Below, one piece after another: positions 40,834-52,226 of a DNA stretch of 64,000 nucleotides. The stretch spans positions 28,663 to 92,662 of the forward strand of contig JBHLON010000007.1 in NCBI GenBank assembly GCA_048940445.1, given 5' to 3'. This stretch comes from Promethearchaeota archaeon (GTDB lineage Archaea; Asgardarchaeota; Lokiarchaeia; Sigyniarchaeales; SOKP01). Below the pieces are notes generated by a model. It worked only from the letters and a program-made list of their open reading frames with translations, was not told the origin of the DNA and did not search any database. How positions within the stretch are numbered: the stretch's first letter is position 1; the number at the start of each line of letters is the position of its first letter. Position numbers and translations under genes: made by a program.

Positions 40834-41553
40834 TCAAATTGAATCCTTTAATAATTTTATGTTATTTGTTAAAATTCCATCAACCCCCAATTTGATTAAT
40901 TTCTTTAGGCTTCTCCTAGAGTTTGCTGTCCAAGCAAAAACCTTAAGATCCTTATCGTGAGCAAACTCTAAAAATTTCCTATTTACCATTGAAAAAAATG
41001 GATTAATGGAAAAAAAACTTTTTTCACTTATTGATGAGATAATTCTCTTCTTTAAGAACCAATTTGTAATCCATCCTAAGCCAGTAGGAACTATAGCTCC
41101 AAATTTTAGGTCGGAATAACAATTTTGAGTCTTTAAAAGTTCATCATGCTTAAATGAAATTAAAATTGTTGAATCTAAGGCATTGTGGTTTTTTAAAATA
41201 TTGATTACTTTACCAGAAATATTCTTAACTTTTAACTCACACATATAATTAATTTTTCCCTTTGTTTCAACCAGAATTTCCTCTAAAGTAGGTATTATCT
41301 CTCCATTTCCAGCATTTAACCTTTTAATTTTCTCTAAAGACATTTGTTTTACAAATCCGAATTTATGAGTAGTACGGAACACGTTTGCATCGTGTATAAT
41401 TACAATCTCTCCATCTTTAGACTCCCTTACATCAAATTCTATATAATCTGCTCCTAAATCAATAGCCTTTTTAAATGCTTTTAAAGTGTTTTCAGGAGCA
41501 ATGTTACTCGCACCACGATGAGCGATTGAAATTATTTCCTCTTTTCTCATCAC
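40834..41553 (-). CDS. Glycerophosphodiester phosphodiesterase
   Basis: AHRGAS..PENT, IEFDV..SKDG...IHD, WTAN, GVDGILTN. Confidence 0.92.
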   Translation of the reverse strand: MMRKEEIISIAHRGASNIAPENTLKAFKKAIDLGADYIEFDVRESKDGEIVIIHDANVFRTTHKFGFVKQMSLEKIKRLNAGNGEIIPTLEEILVETKGKINYMCELKVKNISGKVINILKNHNALDSTILISFKHDELLKTQNCYSDLKFGAIVPTGLGWITNWFLKKRIISSISEKSFFSINPFFSMVNRKFLEFAHDKDLKVFAWTANSRRSLKKLIKLGVDGILTNNIKLLKDSI

Positions 41554-41590
41554 GTATAAAAATTCACACTTTTAGGGATTATTTATTCTT

Positions 41591-42415
41591 TTACGAAAGT
41601 CCAGTAAGTTTTAAACTTAAGTTCCATAACTGCTTACGAGCCTCGAGATCATATGCTTGATCTAGGGCTTTTGCCTTTTCCATCACATTAAAATATTGCC
41701 CTGTAACACTTTCTAAATCAGGAGATGTTGCTAAGTAGACTTCTGCTTCAGCACCTCCTTCTGCTTTACCAAGTGGTCTTATTCCTGCACTGCGAACCAT
41801 TTTTGTATCCAAATAAGTGCCTGGATGGAGGGCATTAACATTTATTCCGTAATCTTTTACTCTTTCTGCTAATGAAAAACTAAACATTATCAATGCTAAT
41901 TTACTTTGACGATATGCGCGACGAGGATCGAAGTTTTTTTCAAGCATTATATCTTTGAAATCAAGAGGGTGTTGTCCAATTGAGGCTACATTTACGATTC
42001 TCGAGGTTTTTGCTTCTTTTAATGAATCAATCAAGAGATGAGTGAGAAGAAATGGAGCGAGATAATTAACTGCAAATCTTAACTCATAACCATCTTGACT
42101 TACTTGACGTTCTCCAATTAGGCCGATTCCAGCATTATTAATAAGAACATCTAAGACCGGATAATCTGATGAGATATCTAAAGCTAATTGCCTTACATTT
42201 GCAAGAGCATTCAGATTAGCATTATAACCTTTCACTTTTGCATTTCCTGATTGCTTTTTAACAACCTCGACTACTTGTGAAAGTTTTTCAGGTTTCCTCC
42301 CATGGATAAGAACTTGAGCCCCTTTTTTAGCAAGCATTGTTGCTGCAAGCTTTCCAATTCCATCTGTAGAGCCAGTAATAAGAATAGTCATACTATCAAC
42401 TGATTTCATAAACAT
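41591..42415 (-). CDS. Short-chain dehydrogenase/reductase (retinol dehydrogenase-like)
   Basis: TGSTDGIG, NNAG, YRQSK, LHPG. Confidence 0.9.
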   Translation of the reverse strand: MFMKSVDSMTILITGSTDGIGKLAATMLAKKGAQVLIHGRKPEKLSQVVEVVKKQSGNAKVKGYNANLNALANVRQLALDISSDYPVLDVLINNAGIGLIGERQVSQDGYELRFAVNYLAPFLLTHLLIDSLKEAKTSRIVNVASIGQHPLDFKDIMLEKNFDPRRAYRQSKLALIMFSFSLAERVKDYGINVNALHPGTYLDTKMVRSAGIRPLGKAEGGAEAEVYLATSPDLESVTGQYFNVMEKAKALDQAYDLEARKQLWNLSLKLTGLS

Positions 42416-42476
42416 GGAGAAGAGCTATAATTATTTATAAATTTTGTCTTTATTTTATAGAATTTAACTTAGAGTA

Positions 42477-44450
42477 TTATAATCTCTTAATATGGATTTC
42501 ACACCCTTCAGAATCACAAAACAGAGCTCCCAGCTCTCTATCTGTAATTTCTTCTAATTGTAATGGAGTAATATCTTTTTTTAATTCGAGATAAACATTT
42601 TCAGATATTTCTTCATATGGTGCTTGTTTATATCCATGTTCGCTAAATGGTAAAAAACTAATACTTTTTAATTTATCTTCAAAACATTCTAATAGATACT
42701 TTATTTCTTTTGCTTCTTCTTGTTTAAAAGTTACAGTTATTGACACTTGATTATCTGACCAATATTTCTGATAAAAAGCGGCATTTTCCGCTTGTTCCCA
42801 AATTGAAACATCCTTTTTAAAGCGATAAATATTAGATTCATGTATTGGAAAATCGATAACAAATGTATCTTCCGAGTATAAATCCTTAGAAACTCTATAC
42901 CCAGCATCTTTAACCACTTTTACAATATTAGAATTCTTAGAAACACGTATTCTTCTAATATAATATTTGGAATGGGGAAAATGAATCCCAGGAGATACAC
43001 CCGGAAGGAGACTAATTGTTCCACTTGGTTTAACAGTTGTTAGCTTGATAGATTTTGGAATGCATAACCAGTCAGAAAAACTAACATCTAATTCTTTTAA
43101 ATACATATATCCTTTATCACACCAATTCATCATAGTATCTCGACCGTGTTTTTGAATAGCCTCTACGATTCCTGTTTGAGATATCCCTATCCTCCTATTT
43201 TTTAGCATTACAGCATTAGTTAATTCCCAATGGGTGTTGAGTAGAGTTACTGATTTCGCATAGATATAAGCATATTTTAATGTTTCTTGAAATTCTTCAT
43301 AAGATTCATGTTTTGAAGGAAATGTCTCAACTAAACAACAAAGTTCGTAAGATTCCAAAGTTTGTTCTCCACAAGGATTTATTCCTAATGCTTTTTTATC
43401 TTTATAATCCGGAGAATCACCCATTCTAGAGTATTTTCTTGCATTATCTAACCAAAAAACTCCTGGTTCTCCATTTTTGGCAATCAAATTGCTAACTTTA
43501 GTATAATCCTCTCCTCTTCGTGTAATAACAGAATTATTACTTACCCAACGATGAGTATATAATTTATTATCGTCCTGTTTTAACATAATGAAATCATCAT
43601 CAGATGGATTACCTAGGGCAATTTCAGCACTCCTTCTAATACCACCAGCAATTACACAAGTTCCAATAAGATTCATTATATCAACAATATCTTCAGAAGT
43701 TAGGTATTTACTAATTCTATGATGCAAAATTTGTTGAACATTTGTCAACATATTTTTTAGAGGAATGGGACCCGGAGCTATTCCACCAAATCTTTTAATT
43801 GGAGAGCCAGCTTGACGAATATTAGAAAAATCAAAATTAGGAACTTTATTACCCAGAAAATATGCATCCAGTAACAATTCTAATGCTTTTATCCATCCTT
43901 CTCTACTATCGGGTATGATATATACAAATTTTCCATCTTTAGGCTCTTTGATTATGATCTTATTTGCACCTTTAGTATCAAATCCAATACCAACACCTAC
44001 CAATAAACAATCCATCAAGAATTTGAAAGGTAAAGAAAATTTTACATCAATATCTTCAGTAGAAACAAATCCACAATTATTAAGTGCCGCAGATCCCTGC
44101 TCTTCAATGAAATTTGTTCCCATTATCCATAAACCTCTTCCAGGAGGGAGCAGCTTAAAGTTCCACATTTTTTTATACATTATTTTAGCAGATTTTTTAG
44201 CTTTAGATTCATCCCACGGAATCATTAGATTTTTACAATGTGCCTTTTGAAGTGAAAAGGTTCCCTCAACAACTCGCCTGAGAGTTTCCCAGAATTCTTC
44301 TTTACGATGTTCATTTTCTAAATATCTTGCATATGTCCGTTTATAAGTAAAATATCCTAATGGCCCCCATTCTGGTTGTTTTCCTCTAAATTGATTTATG
44401 AATTGTTCACTTAATTTGAAACTTGAAATCGAAAAAGGACTACAAATCAT
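42477..44450 (-). CDS. nrdJ: Monomeric class II (adenosylcobalamin-dependent) ribonucleoside-triphosphate reductase
   Basis: LPPGRGLW, LNNC, RRSAEI, NPCGEQ, CCLVE, TTVKPSGT, QAPYE, terminal CDSEGC. Confidence 0.9.
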   Translation of the reverse strand: MICSPFSISSFKLSEQFINQFRGKQPEWGPLGYFTYKRTYARYLENEHRKEEFWETLRRVVEGTFSLQKAHCKNLMIPWDESKAKKSAKIMYKKMWNFKLLPPGRGLWIMGTNFIEEQGSAALNNCGFVSTEDIDVKFSLPFKFLMDCLLVGVGIGFDTKGANKIIIKEPKDGKFVYIIPDSREGWIKALELLLDAYFLGNKVPNFDFSNIRQAGSPIKRFGGIAPGPIPLKNMLTNVQQILHHRISKYLTSEDIVDIMNLIGTCVIAGGIRRSAEIALGNPSDDDFIMLKQDDNKLYTHRWVSNNSVITRRGEDYTKVSNLIAKNGEPGVFWLDNARKYSRMGDSPDYKDKKALGINPCGEQTLESYELCCLVETFPSKHESYEEFQETLKYAYIYAKSVTLLNTHWELTNAVMLKNRRIGISQTGIVEAIQKHGRDTMMNWCDKGYMYLKELDVSFSDWLCIPKSIKLTTVKPSGTISLLPGVSPGIHFPHSKYYIRRIRVSKNSNIVKVVKDAGYRVSKDLYSEDTFVIDFPIHESNIYRFKKDVSIWEQAENAAFYQKYWSDNQVSITVTFKQEEAKEIKYLLECFEDKLKSISFLPFSEHGYKQAPYEEISENVYLELKKDITPLQLEEITDRELGALFCDSEGCEIHIKRL

Positions 44451-44550
44451 AATAATATATAAAGTAACAATTCTGAAAATAAATTCATGTTCTATAATTT
44501 TTAATATTTAAAAAAATTAAAAGAAAATAATTATAGATTTTTAACGAGCG

Positions 44551-45741
44551 ATGCTTGATATCAATAACATAAGAAATATCTGCGTGGTTGGAGCTGGTAA
44601 AATGGGCCAAGGAATTGCTCAAGCGTCTCTAATGGCAGGCTATAATGTCAATTTAATTGATTTAAATAAAGAAATTGTAGATAATGGAATTAAAAAAATC
44701 AGGTACGGCTTAGAAAAAATTAAAATTAAGAGAAAGTTAGCAGAAGGACTCTCTGTTAGCGATCTTATGAAAAATTGTACGAGCGCTATAGATTTAGTAA
44801 ATGCTGTCAAGAATACTGATTTGGTTTTTGAAGCGGTTGTGGAGAATCTAGATATTAAAAAAAAAGTGTGTAATATAGTTATGCAATATTCACCTTCTCA
44901 CTGTATATTTGCCTCAAATACATCAACTTTTAGAATAACAGATATTGCAGAAAGTTCGGAAAGGCCAGAAAAAGTTATTGGCATGCATTTTTTTCCTCCC
45001 GTAGTTATTCAGTGCTGCGTTGAAATAATGAAAGGGGAAAAAACGTCTGATGAAGTTTTAGATATATGTGTTACTCTTGGTGAAAAATTGCCATGTATTA
45101 AGGGTAAAAGGCTTTCAGTACGAATTGAAAAGGAAAGTCCTGGATTTATAGCTAATAGATTATTAATTCCGACCACAATTTATGCAAACTGGGTTTTTGA
45201 CAAAGCGTATGAAATGAATATTCCATGGGAACAGATTGATGCAGATGCTGGAGCAGGACAGTTGGTATTAATGGGCCCTTGCCAACTAACTGATTATCTT
45301 GGAATAGATGTAACTTATAATAGTATGAAGAGTTATGAAAAATATATTTCCCCCGATTTTGCTCCCGGTAGTGTGCTTACTAAACTCGTAGCAGAGGGAA
45401 ATTTAGGAAAGAAGACAGGAAAAGGCTTTTATGATTGGACAAAAGGTACGCCAAACATAAATTTAAGTAAAAAGGCGGGTTTATTTAATCCTGAAGTTCA
45501 TTTAGCTATCGAGTTAAATGAAGGGTGTAAGCTTTTAGAAGAGGGAATTGTTTCTAGTTATAAAACTATTGATAATGTTATGTTAAAAGGTACTAGTATG
45601 CCTGGTCCATTTAGTGCTGGAATACATAATTATAAGAAATGGTCTAAATTGTTGGAAGATATTGCCGAAAAGACGGGGAAAAACTATTTTAAACCTTGTG
45701 AACTCATGAAATCGGGAGATTTTATAAAGATGAAAAAATAA
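44551..45741 (+). CDS. 3-hydroxyacyl-CoA dehydrogenase (paralogue of 29313-30506)
   Basis: GAGKMGQGI, FASNTST, GMHFF, PGFIANR, GKKTGKGFY. Confidence 0.9.
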   Translation: MLDINNIRNICVVGAGKMGQGIAQASLMAGYNVNLIDLNKEIVDNGIKKIRYGLEKIKIKRKLAEGLSVSDLMKNCTSAIDLVNAVKNTDLVFEAVVENLDIKKKVCNIVMQYSPSHCIFASNTSTFRITDIAESSERPEKVIGMHFFPPVVIQCCVEIMKGEKTSDEVLDICVTLGEKLPCIKGKRLSVRIEKESPGFIANRLLIPTTIYANWVFDKAYEMNIPWEQIDADAGAGQLVLMGPCQLTDYLGIDVTYNSMKSYEKYISPDFAPGSVLTKLVAEGNLGKKTGKGFYDWTKGTPNINLSKKAGLFNPEVHLAIELNEGCKLLEEGIVSSYKTIDNVMLKGTSMPGPFSAGIHNYKKWSKLLEDIAEKTGKNYFKPCELMKSGDFIKMKK

Positions 45742-45770
45742 ATAATAAAGAAGAAAAAAATTAATTATAT

Positions 45771-47048
45771 TTATATCAATCTTAGAAATCTTTGAATTTG
45801 GGATTGGATTAAGAGTAATTGTATATTCCTTGCCCCACCAATGACTTCTTCGATTTTGCTTACATCCATTAACTCATCTACGGGTGTATTATCCGTGACG
45901 CTTACTCCTCCCATATGTTGTTGGACTTCATAACAAATATCATGTGTGAGCTTTGCTACATAATATTTCCCCTGAGATGAGATTGCAGCGACCCATTTTT
46001 CTGCTTCCTTTGAAGGTTTTTCAGCAAATAAAATTTTATCATCATAAATAGTAGCTGCTTGAAGAGCTAAACTTGTAGCTGCTGTAGTTTTTGATAACAA
46101 ATCAGCTAATCCATAGCCAACACCTTGATACCTGATAACTGGTTTACCAAATTGTTGTCTTAAATTAGTATATATAATCCCATTTATTAATCCACTCCAA
46201 CATATCCCAATTCCAGACCCCATAATCCCTAAGCGCTCTGGGACGAGTCCTTCAAACAATCTCACATACCCTAATCCATTGTCTGCTAATATATAATCTT
46301 TTGGTACTCTAACATCATTCAAAATTGTATGGGCAATATGTACACGAGGAACTGAATTAATTTTTAACCGCTCTGTTTGAACGCCAAATTCACGTTTTAT
46401 CATTGCCTGAACCATTGTGTCTCTTGGTTGAGCCTCATCGTAAACTCCATAGCAACAGAAATAATCTGCTTTAGGACCATTGGTGGTATAGACTTTCTCA
46501 CCATTATAAATGACTCCATCGTTAGTTTTTGTACAAATCGTAGTCAAATTAACAGCATCAGAACCTCTTGCAGGTTCTGTTATCCCAATACACCCAATTT
46601 TTTCACCAGACATTAACTCATCTTGTACTTTTTGTATAGTGTCTCCAGTGCCCCCATGAGTATAAAAGTGAAAGGTAGGGTTACCACACAGAATTCCACT
46701 TGCTAGTCTTGCAAGTTCAAGTTGAGGGTCTAACAAAGATAGATGGGTTCCCAATAAGATTTCTTTTTTCATTCCATAAGGAGCGAAATCCCTCCACTTA
46801 TTAATTCTTTGTAAGTATCCATGTTTTCCTAATTCGGGAAATAATTCATAGACATCTTTAGATTTATCTATTCTAGGAGAGAGTTCTACACAAAAATTTT
46901 GAAGTTCTTGGCAATATTCTTTTTCTTCTTCATTTAACATTGGAAAGACATTATCATTAAAAATTTTAAACACATTTTCCAAGGTCATTTTTTCATGAAT
47001 TTTATCATCAATAATTTTCTCTTGCATTTTCATTTTAGTCAACTTCAA
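45771..47048 (-). CDS. Acyl-CoA dehydrogenase
   Basis: ITEPARGSD, NGEKVYTTNG, RQQFGKP, QHMGG. Confidence 0.9.
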   Translation of the reverse strand: MKLTKMKMQEKIIDDKIHEKMTLENVFKIFNDNVFPMLNEEEKEYCQELQNFCVELSPRIDKSKDVYELFPELGKHGYLQRINKWRDFAPYGMKKEILLGTHLSLLDPQLELARLASGILCGNPTFHFYTHGGTGDTIQKVQDELMSGEKIGCIGITEPARGSDAVNLTTICTKTNDGVIYNGEKVYTTNGPKADYFCCYGVYDEAQPRDTMVQAMIKREFGVQTERLKINSVPRVHIAHTILNDVRVPKDYILADNGLGYVRLFEGLVPERLGIMGSGIGICWSGLINGIIYTNLRQQFGKPVIRYQGVGYGLADLLSKTTAATSLALQAATIYDDKILFAEKPSKEAEKWVAAISSQGKYYVAKLTHDICYEVQQHMGGVSVTDNTPVDELMDVSKIEEVIGGARNIQLLLIQSQIQRFLRLI

Positions 47049-47216
47049 TAATTCATGTTAATTTTGAAAGAATTATATTATGTAGTCTAAATTTTTTATT
47101 ATAATTAAAGTTTAGAAAATAATGTTTTCATTCTTATTAATGGATTTAAGTTTCCAGACTTTCAAACTAATCAAGTTTGTTAATAAATAACAAGTTCAAT
47201 GAGTTAAATACGCATA

Positions 47217-48965
47217 TTAAGCATAATTTTCTTTTACATAATTCTGAGCTCTTTTGATTTCATCTAGATGAGTTTCTCGTTTTCCAAAGATATAAAATCT
47301 AACTTCTGGACCAGTTCCACTAGGTCGGAAGTAGAGTGTAGAATCTTCACTTTTTAGTTGAAAAATATCAATGAGGTGATTATTATCTGATAAAGCTTGA
47401 ACTTTATAATCTTTATTTGCAATTGAAATTGTTTTACCATCGTTCTGTTCAAAATTATTCATAATTCTAACCTTTTCTTCATCAACAGCAGGAATAGTAC
47501 GATTAATTCCTACTATAGACCAGTCTATCGATTTTGATATGATAAAACCTCTTGAAATTAATTCTGCAACAATTACTAATGCAATTACAGGGTATTTATC
47601 AGCAATTAGGGGGAATTCCGAAATAAATTCAATTTTATTATTATTCTTATCTACTTTGGTTTTTAGGATATTTAATGTATGACCACCTGATTCTTCCCAC
47701 ATTACAACTATAAATTCCTCATTAGTTAAACCATGTTTGTTTATTAGTTCAATGAGTCTTTTTTTAAGTGGCTTAGGATTATCAATTTTTACTAAATCTT
47801 GATTTTTATCTTCAAAATAAAGAATTGCGGTATCAATTTTAGATTTTTCTACTTTAATTCCGAAAAGGAAGTATAAAATCACACCTAAATGCTTGTAGCC
47901 AACACCAGTGAAGACGTTTAAAAAGCTAGCTCTATCTCCTCTTGGATCTGATGGAATTGTTCTAATATTAATAATCTTTTTATTAAATTCTTTTGCTAAG
48001 ATATTGTGCATTGCAGAATAGATCTCATTTGGAATATAGGTAAAATATTGCCCATTTTGTTTTACGTATAATGCAATACGATCACGATCAGCATCAAGCA
48101 GAAGAGCTAGATTTGAATTAGTCTTATCCATTACTTTTTGTAGTTTACTTTCCTTAATGACTTTAATGGGGTTAGGAGGATTAATGGCTTCTTCAATAAC
48201 AGTTACATTTGCTTCTAATTGCTTGAATAAATTAACAATCCCCTTAGCTTTGCCCAAATATGGCCAGATTACTAGATTTTTACCTTTTAAGCTTGAGATT
48301 TCTATAACTTTCGATAATATAGAAATAACATATTCATTATTCTTTTGTACAGCATCAATTAAAGTAGGTTCGAAGTGGGGATTAAGAGCAATTTCTTTTA
48401 ATTTTATTGCCATCTTAGAAATATCTTTAAATAAATCTCCTGAAATTGGTATAGGGTAATCAATGTAAAATTTAACCCCATTCCATGATAAATCGTTATG
48501 TGATGCTGTTAAAACTATAATTAATTTGATATCTTCTAATAAGGCCACTGAAGCTGCTCCATAAGGTGATGATACTCTCGATTCACCGGGATCATCCACT
48601 TGATAATAAATTTCATAACCGTCATGAGAAAATATTTGAGAACAGTATTTCAAAAGTGCATTTTTGCTTGGACGGTCATCTGTAACAATTAGAATCTTTA
48701 AGTCTTTATCCTTTTTTATTTGTTTAAACTTCTGACTAATTGCTTTAAAGACTCGCAGAAATAAAAATAGTTTACGACTAGTTAAGAAATACTTTTTGTG
48801 GCCTTCTTCCTCTTTGATATCAAAAATTTGAATCCTCAATCCGGATGTCGGAGCAACAATAGGATCAATAATCTTTATTTCTTCCTCAGTTAATTCTGGT
48901 AAATTTAAAATGCGGAAATTTCCACGTTTTTCAATGTTAATATCTTCAAATGCAAAATCAATCAT
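47217..48965 (-). CDS. Phosphoglucomutase/phosphomannomutase family (divergent)
   Basis: TSGLR, TASHN, DADRDR, EESG, RPSGTGP. Confidence 0.85.
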   Translation of the reverse strand: MIDFAFEDINIEKRGNFRILNLPELTEEEIKIIDPIVAPTSGLRIQIFDIKEEEGHKKYFLTSRKLFLFLRVFKAISQKFKQIKKDKDLKILIVTDDRPSKNALLKYCSQIFSHDGYEIYYQVDDPGESRVSSPYGAASVALLEDIKLIIVLTASHNDLSWNGVKFYIDYPIPISGDLFKDISKMAIKLKEIALNPHFEPTLIDAVQKNNEYVISILSKVIEISSLKGKNLVIWPYLGKAKGIVNLFKQLEANVTVIEEAINPPNPIKVIKESKLQKVMDKTNSNLALLLDADRDRIALYVKQNGQYFTYIPNEIYSAMHNILAKEFNKKIINIRTIPSDPRGDRASFLNVFTGVGYKHLGVILYFLFGIKVEKSKIDTAILYFEDKNQDLVKIDNPKPLKKRLIELINKHGLTNEEFIVVMWEESGGHTLNILKTKVDKNNNKIEFISEFPLIADKYPVIALVIVAELISRGFIISKSIDWSIVGINRTIPAVDEEKVRIMNNFEQNDGKTISIANKDYKVQALSDNNHLIDIFQLKSEDSTLYFRPSGTGPEVRFYIFGKRETHLDEIKRAQNYVKENYA

Positions 48966-49084
48966 TTCATAATCATCAAATTAATAGAATAATATCGAAA
49001 AATGCTTACAATTATAAATTTTTTATGTATTACATCTATAAATGAATGAAATCTGAATATAAAATAAATAAACTATGTAATATT

Positions 49085-49981
49085 CTATTTTTTGGGGTAG
49101 ATTTTATTTATTGCTTCTCTTAGAATCGCATGTATTTTTTCACGATATACAGAGTTAATTGCAATCATTCCATAGACTTTAATTGATGGGTGTCTTTCTG
49201 CTTTTGATAACCAACTTTCACAAAATTCAGGAGTCAGTCGACTAGGTAAATCTTGTTTATTTGCTATCCCAATTACTAAAGTATCTTTGTAATATTCATC
49301 CAAAATATCTCCTATTATCTTTCTACTATAATCGACGTTCTCAAAAGAAGAATCTAATACTAATAAAGCTATATCAGTACTATCTAATAGGCTTTTCCAC
49401 AAAGATCTAAAGTTACTTTGCCCAGCGAAATCCCAAAATACGATAGATCTGGGGATATCATCAAAACCATCATAAGATGTAATATCTACATTTATTGTAG
49501 GAATATACTCTAGATCAATATTTTTTCCGCATATTAAGCGTAATAATGTTGTTTTTCCAACCCCTCCAAGCCCAATTATGGAGACTTTTATTGCTCCTAA
49601 AATGGTATCATCTATTTCTCTTTCGAATTCTTCAAATATTGCACGATTTCCAGACCAACTTCCATCAGAAAGAACGCTTCCATATCTTTCGATAAATTTC
49701 TTTCGTATGGTTGTGATTTTTGAATTAATATTAGCATCATCTTCTTCTAAATCAGTACAAACTACAATAATAATTTCATCTATAATAGTATAATAATACT
49801 TAAATTCATTTGTTGCAAATGATCGTATTTCACTTTGACTGATTTCTTTTAAAAATCCTGAAAATGCACTTAAAAATCCAGCTAATAAATCTCTATCAAC
49901 CTCAACATTACCATAATTTCTAAATAACAGTGATTTTCCGTCTCTCGAGAAGAGATTGATATATTGTATGATTTTTACCAC
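49085..49981 (-). CDS. Longin-domain / small GTPase (Arf-like) fusion
   Basis: N-terminal longin pattern (DGKSLLFRNY, LLAGFLSAF); GLGGVGKT, WDFAGQ, ANKQD. Confidence 0.8.
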   Translation of the reverse strand: MVKIIQYINLFSRDGKSLLFRNYGNVEVDRDLLAGFLSAFSGFLKEISQSEIRSFATNEFKYYYTIIDEIIIVVCTDLEEDDANINSKITTIRKKFIERYGSVLSDGSWSGNRAIFEEFEREIDDTILGAIKVSIIGLGGVGKTTLLRLICGKNIDLEYIPTINVDITSYDGFDDIPRSIVFWDFAGQSNFRSLWKSLLDSTDIALLVLDSSFENVDYSRKIIGDILDEYYKDTLVIGIANKQDLPSRLTPEFCESWLSKAERHPSIKVYGMIAINSVYREKIHAILREAINKIYPKK

Positions 49982-50100
49982 ATCAATTTCGTGTATTCAC
50001 TATAAGATAGAACAATATTTAAGTGTTAAATAAAGTAATAAATATTTAAAATAAAAATTGATCTTTTTATTAGATTCTAAATAATTTTTTAAATCATTCT

Positions 50101-50107
50101 AGGAGGT
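50101..50107 (+). promoter_or_regulatory. Shine-Dalgarno AGGAGGT for 50114
   Basis: Canonical SD 6 nt before the ATG. Confidence 0.6.
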
Positions 50108-50113
50108 AAATAA

Positions 50114-50767
50114 ATGACAAATTCTAATGATACAAATGAAAAAAATGTCATTCAGATGATTAAAGACCTAAAAGAAAGAACTCAAGCTTTTTCATCAATC
50201 TTAGAAAAGTTTGGACTAGATATTATTACTAAAATGGGTCAAACAAATCTAAAAATGAACATGTTAACTGATAAAGTTACTGAATTACATAACGTCACTT
50301 TAGATATAAAAAGTCTGATTCCCCAATTAAATAATGTTATTGAGAGTCAAAAGTCCTTAGAAAGTGAGTTAGATTTAATAGAATCTTTAATTATGAACCT
50401 CCAAGTTACTAAAACACCAACAGAGATAGTAAAGAACGAAATTGAAAGAGATAAGACTGCCTCTAATAAAAAAGGAGATATAATAACAAAATTGAATGAT
50501 TTAAATAGAGACATAAAAACCTTAGAAGATCCCAAAATTATAATAGAAAACTTAGAACAAATAAAAGAAGATATTTTCGAATTCACTGGAGGACATAGAA
50601 TTCTTTATGAAATTTCAAAGATAATTAATCGATTAAATTCATCAGAAACTCTCTCAGAACCTTTTGATACAAATAAGACTAACTCTAATCCTTTAAGAGA
50701 ATATCTTCAAGAAAAAGTAACCTTCTGGATTAACAAGCTTATGGTTAAAGACAAGAAGGTTATTTAA
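50114..50767 (+). CDS. Hypothetical coiled-coil protein
   Basis: Heptad-rich 217-aa ORF with strong SD. Confidence 0.6.
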   Translation: MTNSNDTNEKNVIQMIKDLKERTQAFSSILEKFGLDIITKMGQTNLKMNMLTDKVTELHNVTLDIKSLIPQLNNVIESQKSLESELDLIESLIMNLQVTKTPTEIVKNEIERDKTASNKKGDIITKLNDLNRDIKTLEDPKIIIENLEQIKEDIFEFTGGHRILYEISKIINRLNSSETLSEPFDTNKTNSNPLREYLQEKVTFWINKLMVKDKKVI

Positions 50768-50796
50768 AATTTAAAATTAGGTGGTTAAAACAAGTA

Positions 50797-52059
50797 TTAA
50801 CAATATTTTCTGTAATCAACACGGGGCAATTTTTCAATTGGATATGGAAGTATTGCATCTTCAGGAATAGGATCAATATAAAAACGACGAAATACCTTAT
50901 GTTGCATTCTACAAACTGAATTTTTATGATTATAGGCAGGGTGACGAACCATTTTCATCCATATTCTTTTTAATGAATCTTCACGCACATTTCCAAAGGA
51001 AATTGGTGTAAAATCGCAAGGAGAAACTTCACCATACGCAGAAACATAGAATTGAATATTTGCTGCTAAGCATCCTATTCCAGCTAAATACGCTTCTAAA
51101 GAATTTTGCCAAGATTGTGATGATAGTGGAGGGATTGTCCCTTTTCGGAATTCTTCAGCAGAATACAGGTGAATTTCTTCTCGTTGTTCTGGAGTAAGAA
51201 TTTCACTTGTATCTTTTAACATCCTACCCGTAGGTACTCCATCAAACATAATTATGTTTTGAGCACCGACCTTCTTTCCAAGTTCATGTAGATCTTTATA
51301 CATACCTCTTTCAGTGTGAGAACGAATCGCATAGGATGATAATCCTACTAAAATCCCTTTAGATTTTGCTTTTTTCATTCCCTCTATTGCTGCATTGAAA
51401 ATACCGGGCATCTTTCTCAAATTATCATGTTCCTCTGGAATTGGGCTATCGATGCTTACAAAAAGTGAATAAAGACCAGCTTTAGCTAATTTCTCTACAT
51501 TTTCATCTGTAAGATACTGTCCATTAGTAAACATAACAGGCATTGCTTTTTTTTGATTTACATGAGATATTAACTCAAAAAGATCTTCTCGAAGTAACGG
51601 TTCTCCTCCTGTAAATGCAATTATGGTCACTCCTAATTTCTGTGCATCATCAATAAGTTTTTTTGCCTCTTCAGTACTAAGTTCTTTTACATCCTTCCTT
51701 AAATGACTTCCAGCACTACAGTGTACACAATTACATTGACACCTATAAGTTATAGCAAACGTCATGGCTATTGGCATAGAATATCCCATTAAGAAATCTT
51801 TAAAAAGCCCCAATAAAGCACGGAATTGAGGACGACTCCCAATGGGTGGTGCAAATGTATTTGAAACAGTCTTACCCTTCCAACTACCGACCACAGTATT
51901 TTTATAGAAGTTAGCTTGAAGTAAAATCATAAGGATAAAACTGATTTTATCAATGAACGGATTTAGAATTCCAGTGCCGATTACTTCGCCACTTGGAAGC
52001 CTTTTATAACTAAGCATCTTTCTACCCAAGAACTTCCAGATTATCTGTTCTCGTTCCAT
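50797..52059 (-). CDS. Radical SAM / SPASM-twitch domain protein
   Basis: CQCNCVHC, FTGGEPLL, GCLA...GEVSPC. Confidence 0.88.
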   Translation of the reverse strand: MEREQIIWKFLGRKMLSYKRLPSGEVIGTGILNPFIDKISFILMILLQANFYKNTVVGSWKGKTVSNTFAPPIGSRPQFRALLGLFKDFLMGYSMPIAMTFAITYRCQCNCVHCSAGSHLRKDVKELSTEEAKKLIDDAQKLGVTIIAFTGGEPLLREDLFELISHVNQKKAMPVMFTNGQYLTDENVEKLAKAGLYSLFVSIDSPIPEEHDNLRKMPGIFNAAIEGMKKAKSKGILVGLSSYAIRSHTERGMYKDLHELGKKVGAQNIIMFDGVPTGRMLKDTSEILTPEQREEIHLYSAEEFRKGTIPPLSSQSWQNSLEAYLAGIGCLAANIQFYVSAYGEVSPCDFTPISFGNVREDSLKRIWMKMVRHPAYNHKNSVCRMQHKVFRRFYIDPIPEDAILPYPIEKLPRVDYRKYC

Positions 52060-52226
52060 GGGAAATTTTTACCTCTACAAACTCTATTTAATAATCCTTA
52101 TTCTTTAATGTTAATAAATCTTTCTAAATACAATTATAATAAATAACTATTCAGTTTTTTGTCATAATACAGCCAACTTTTATCCGAAAAATTTATTCAG
52201 TAAAGAAAAAAGTAAAGAAAAAAGTA

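Noticed and set aside
50797-52059. Radical SAM protein as the HypD activase
   Set aside because: It has a SPASM/twitch architecture, not the PflA-type GCPLRCxWC pattern.
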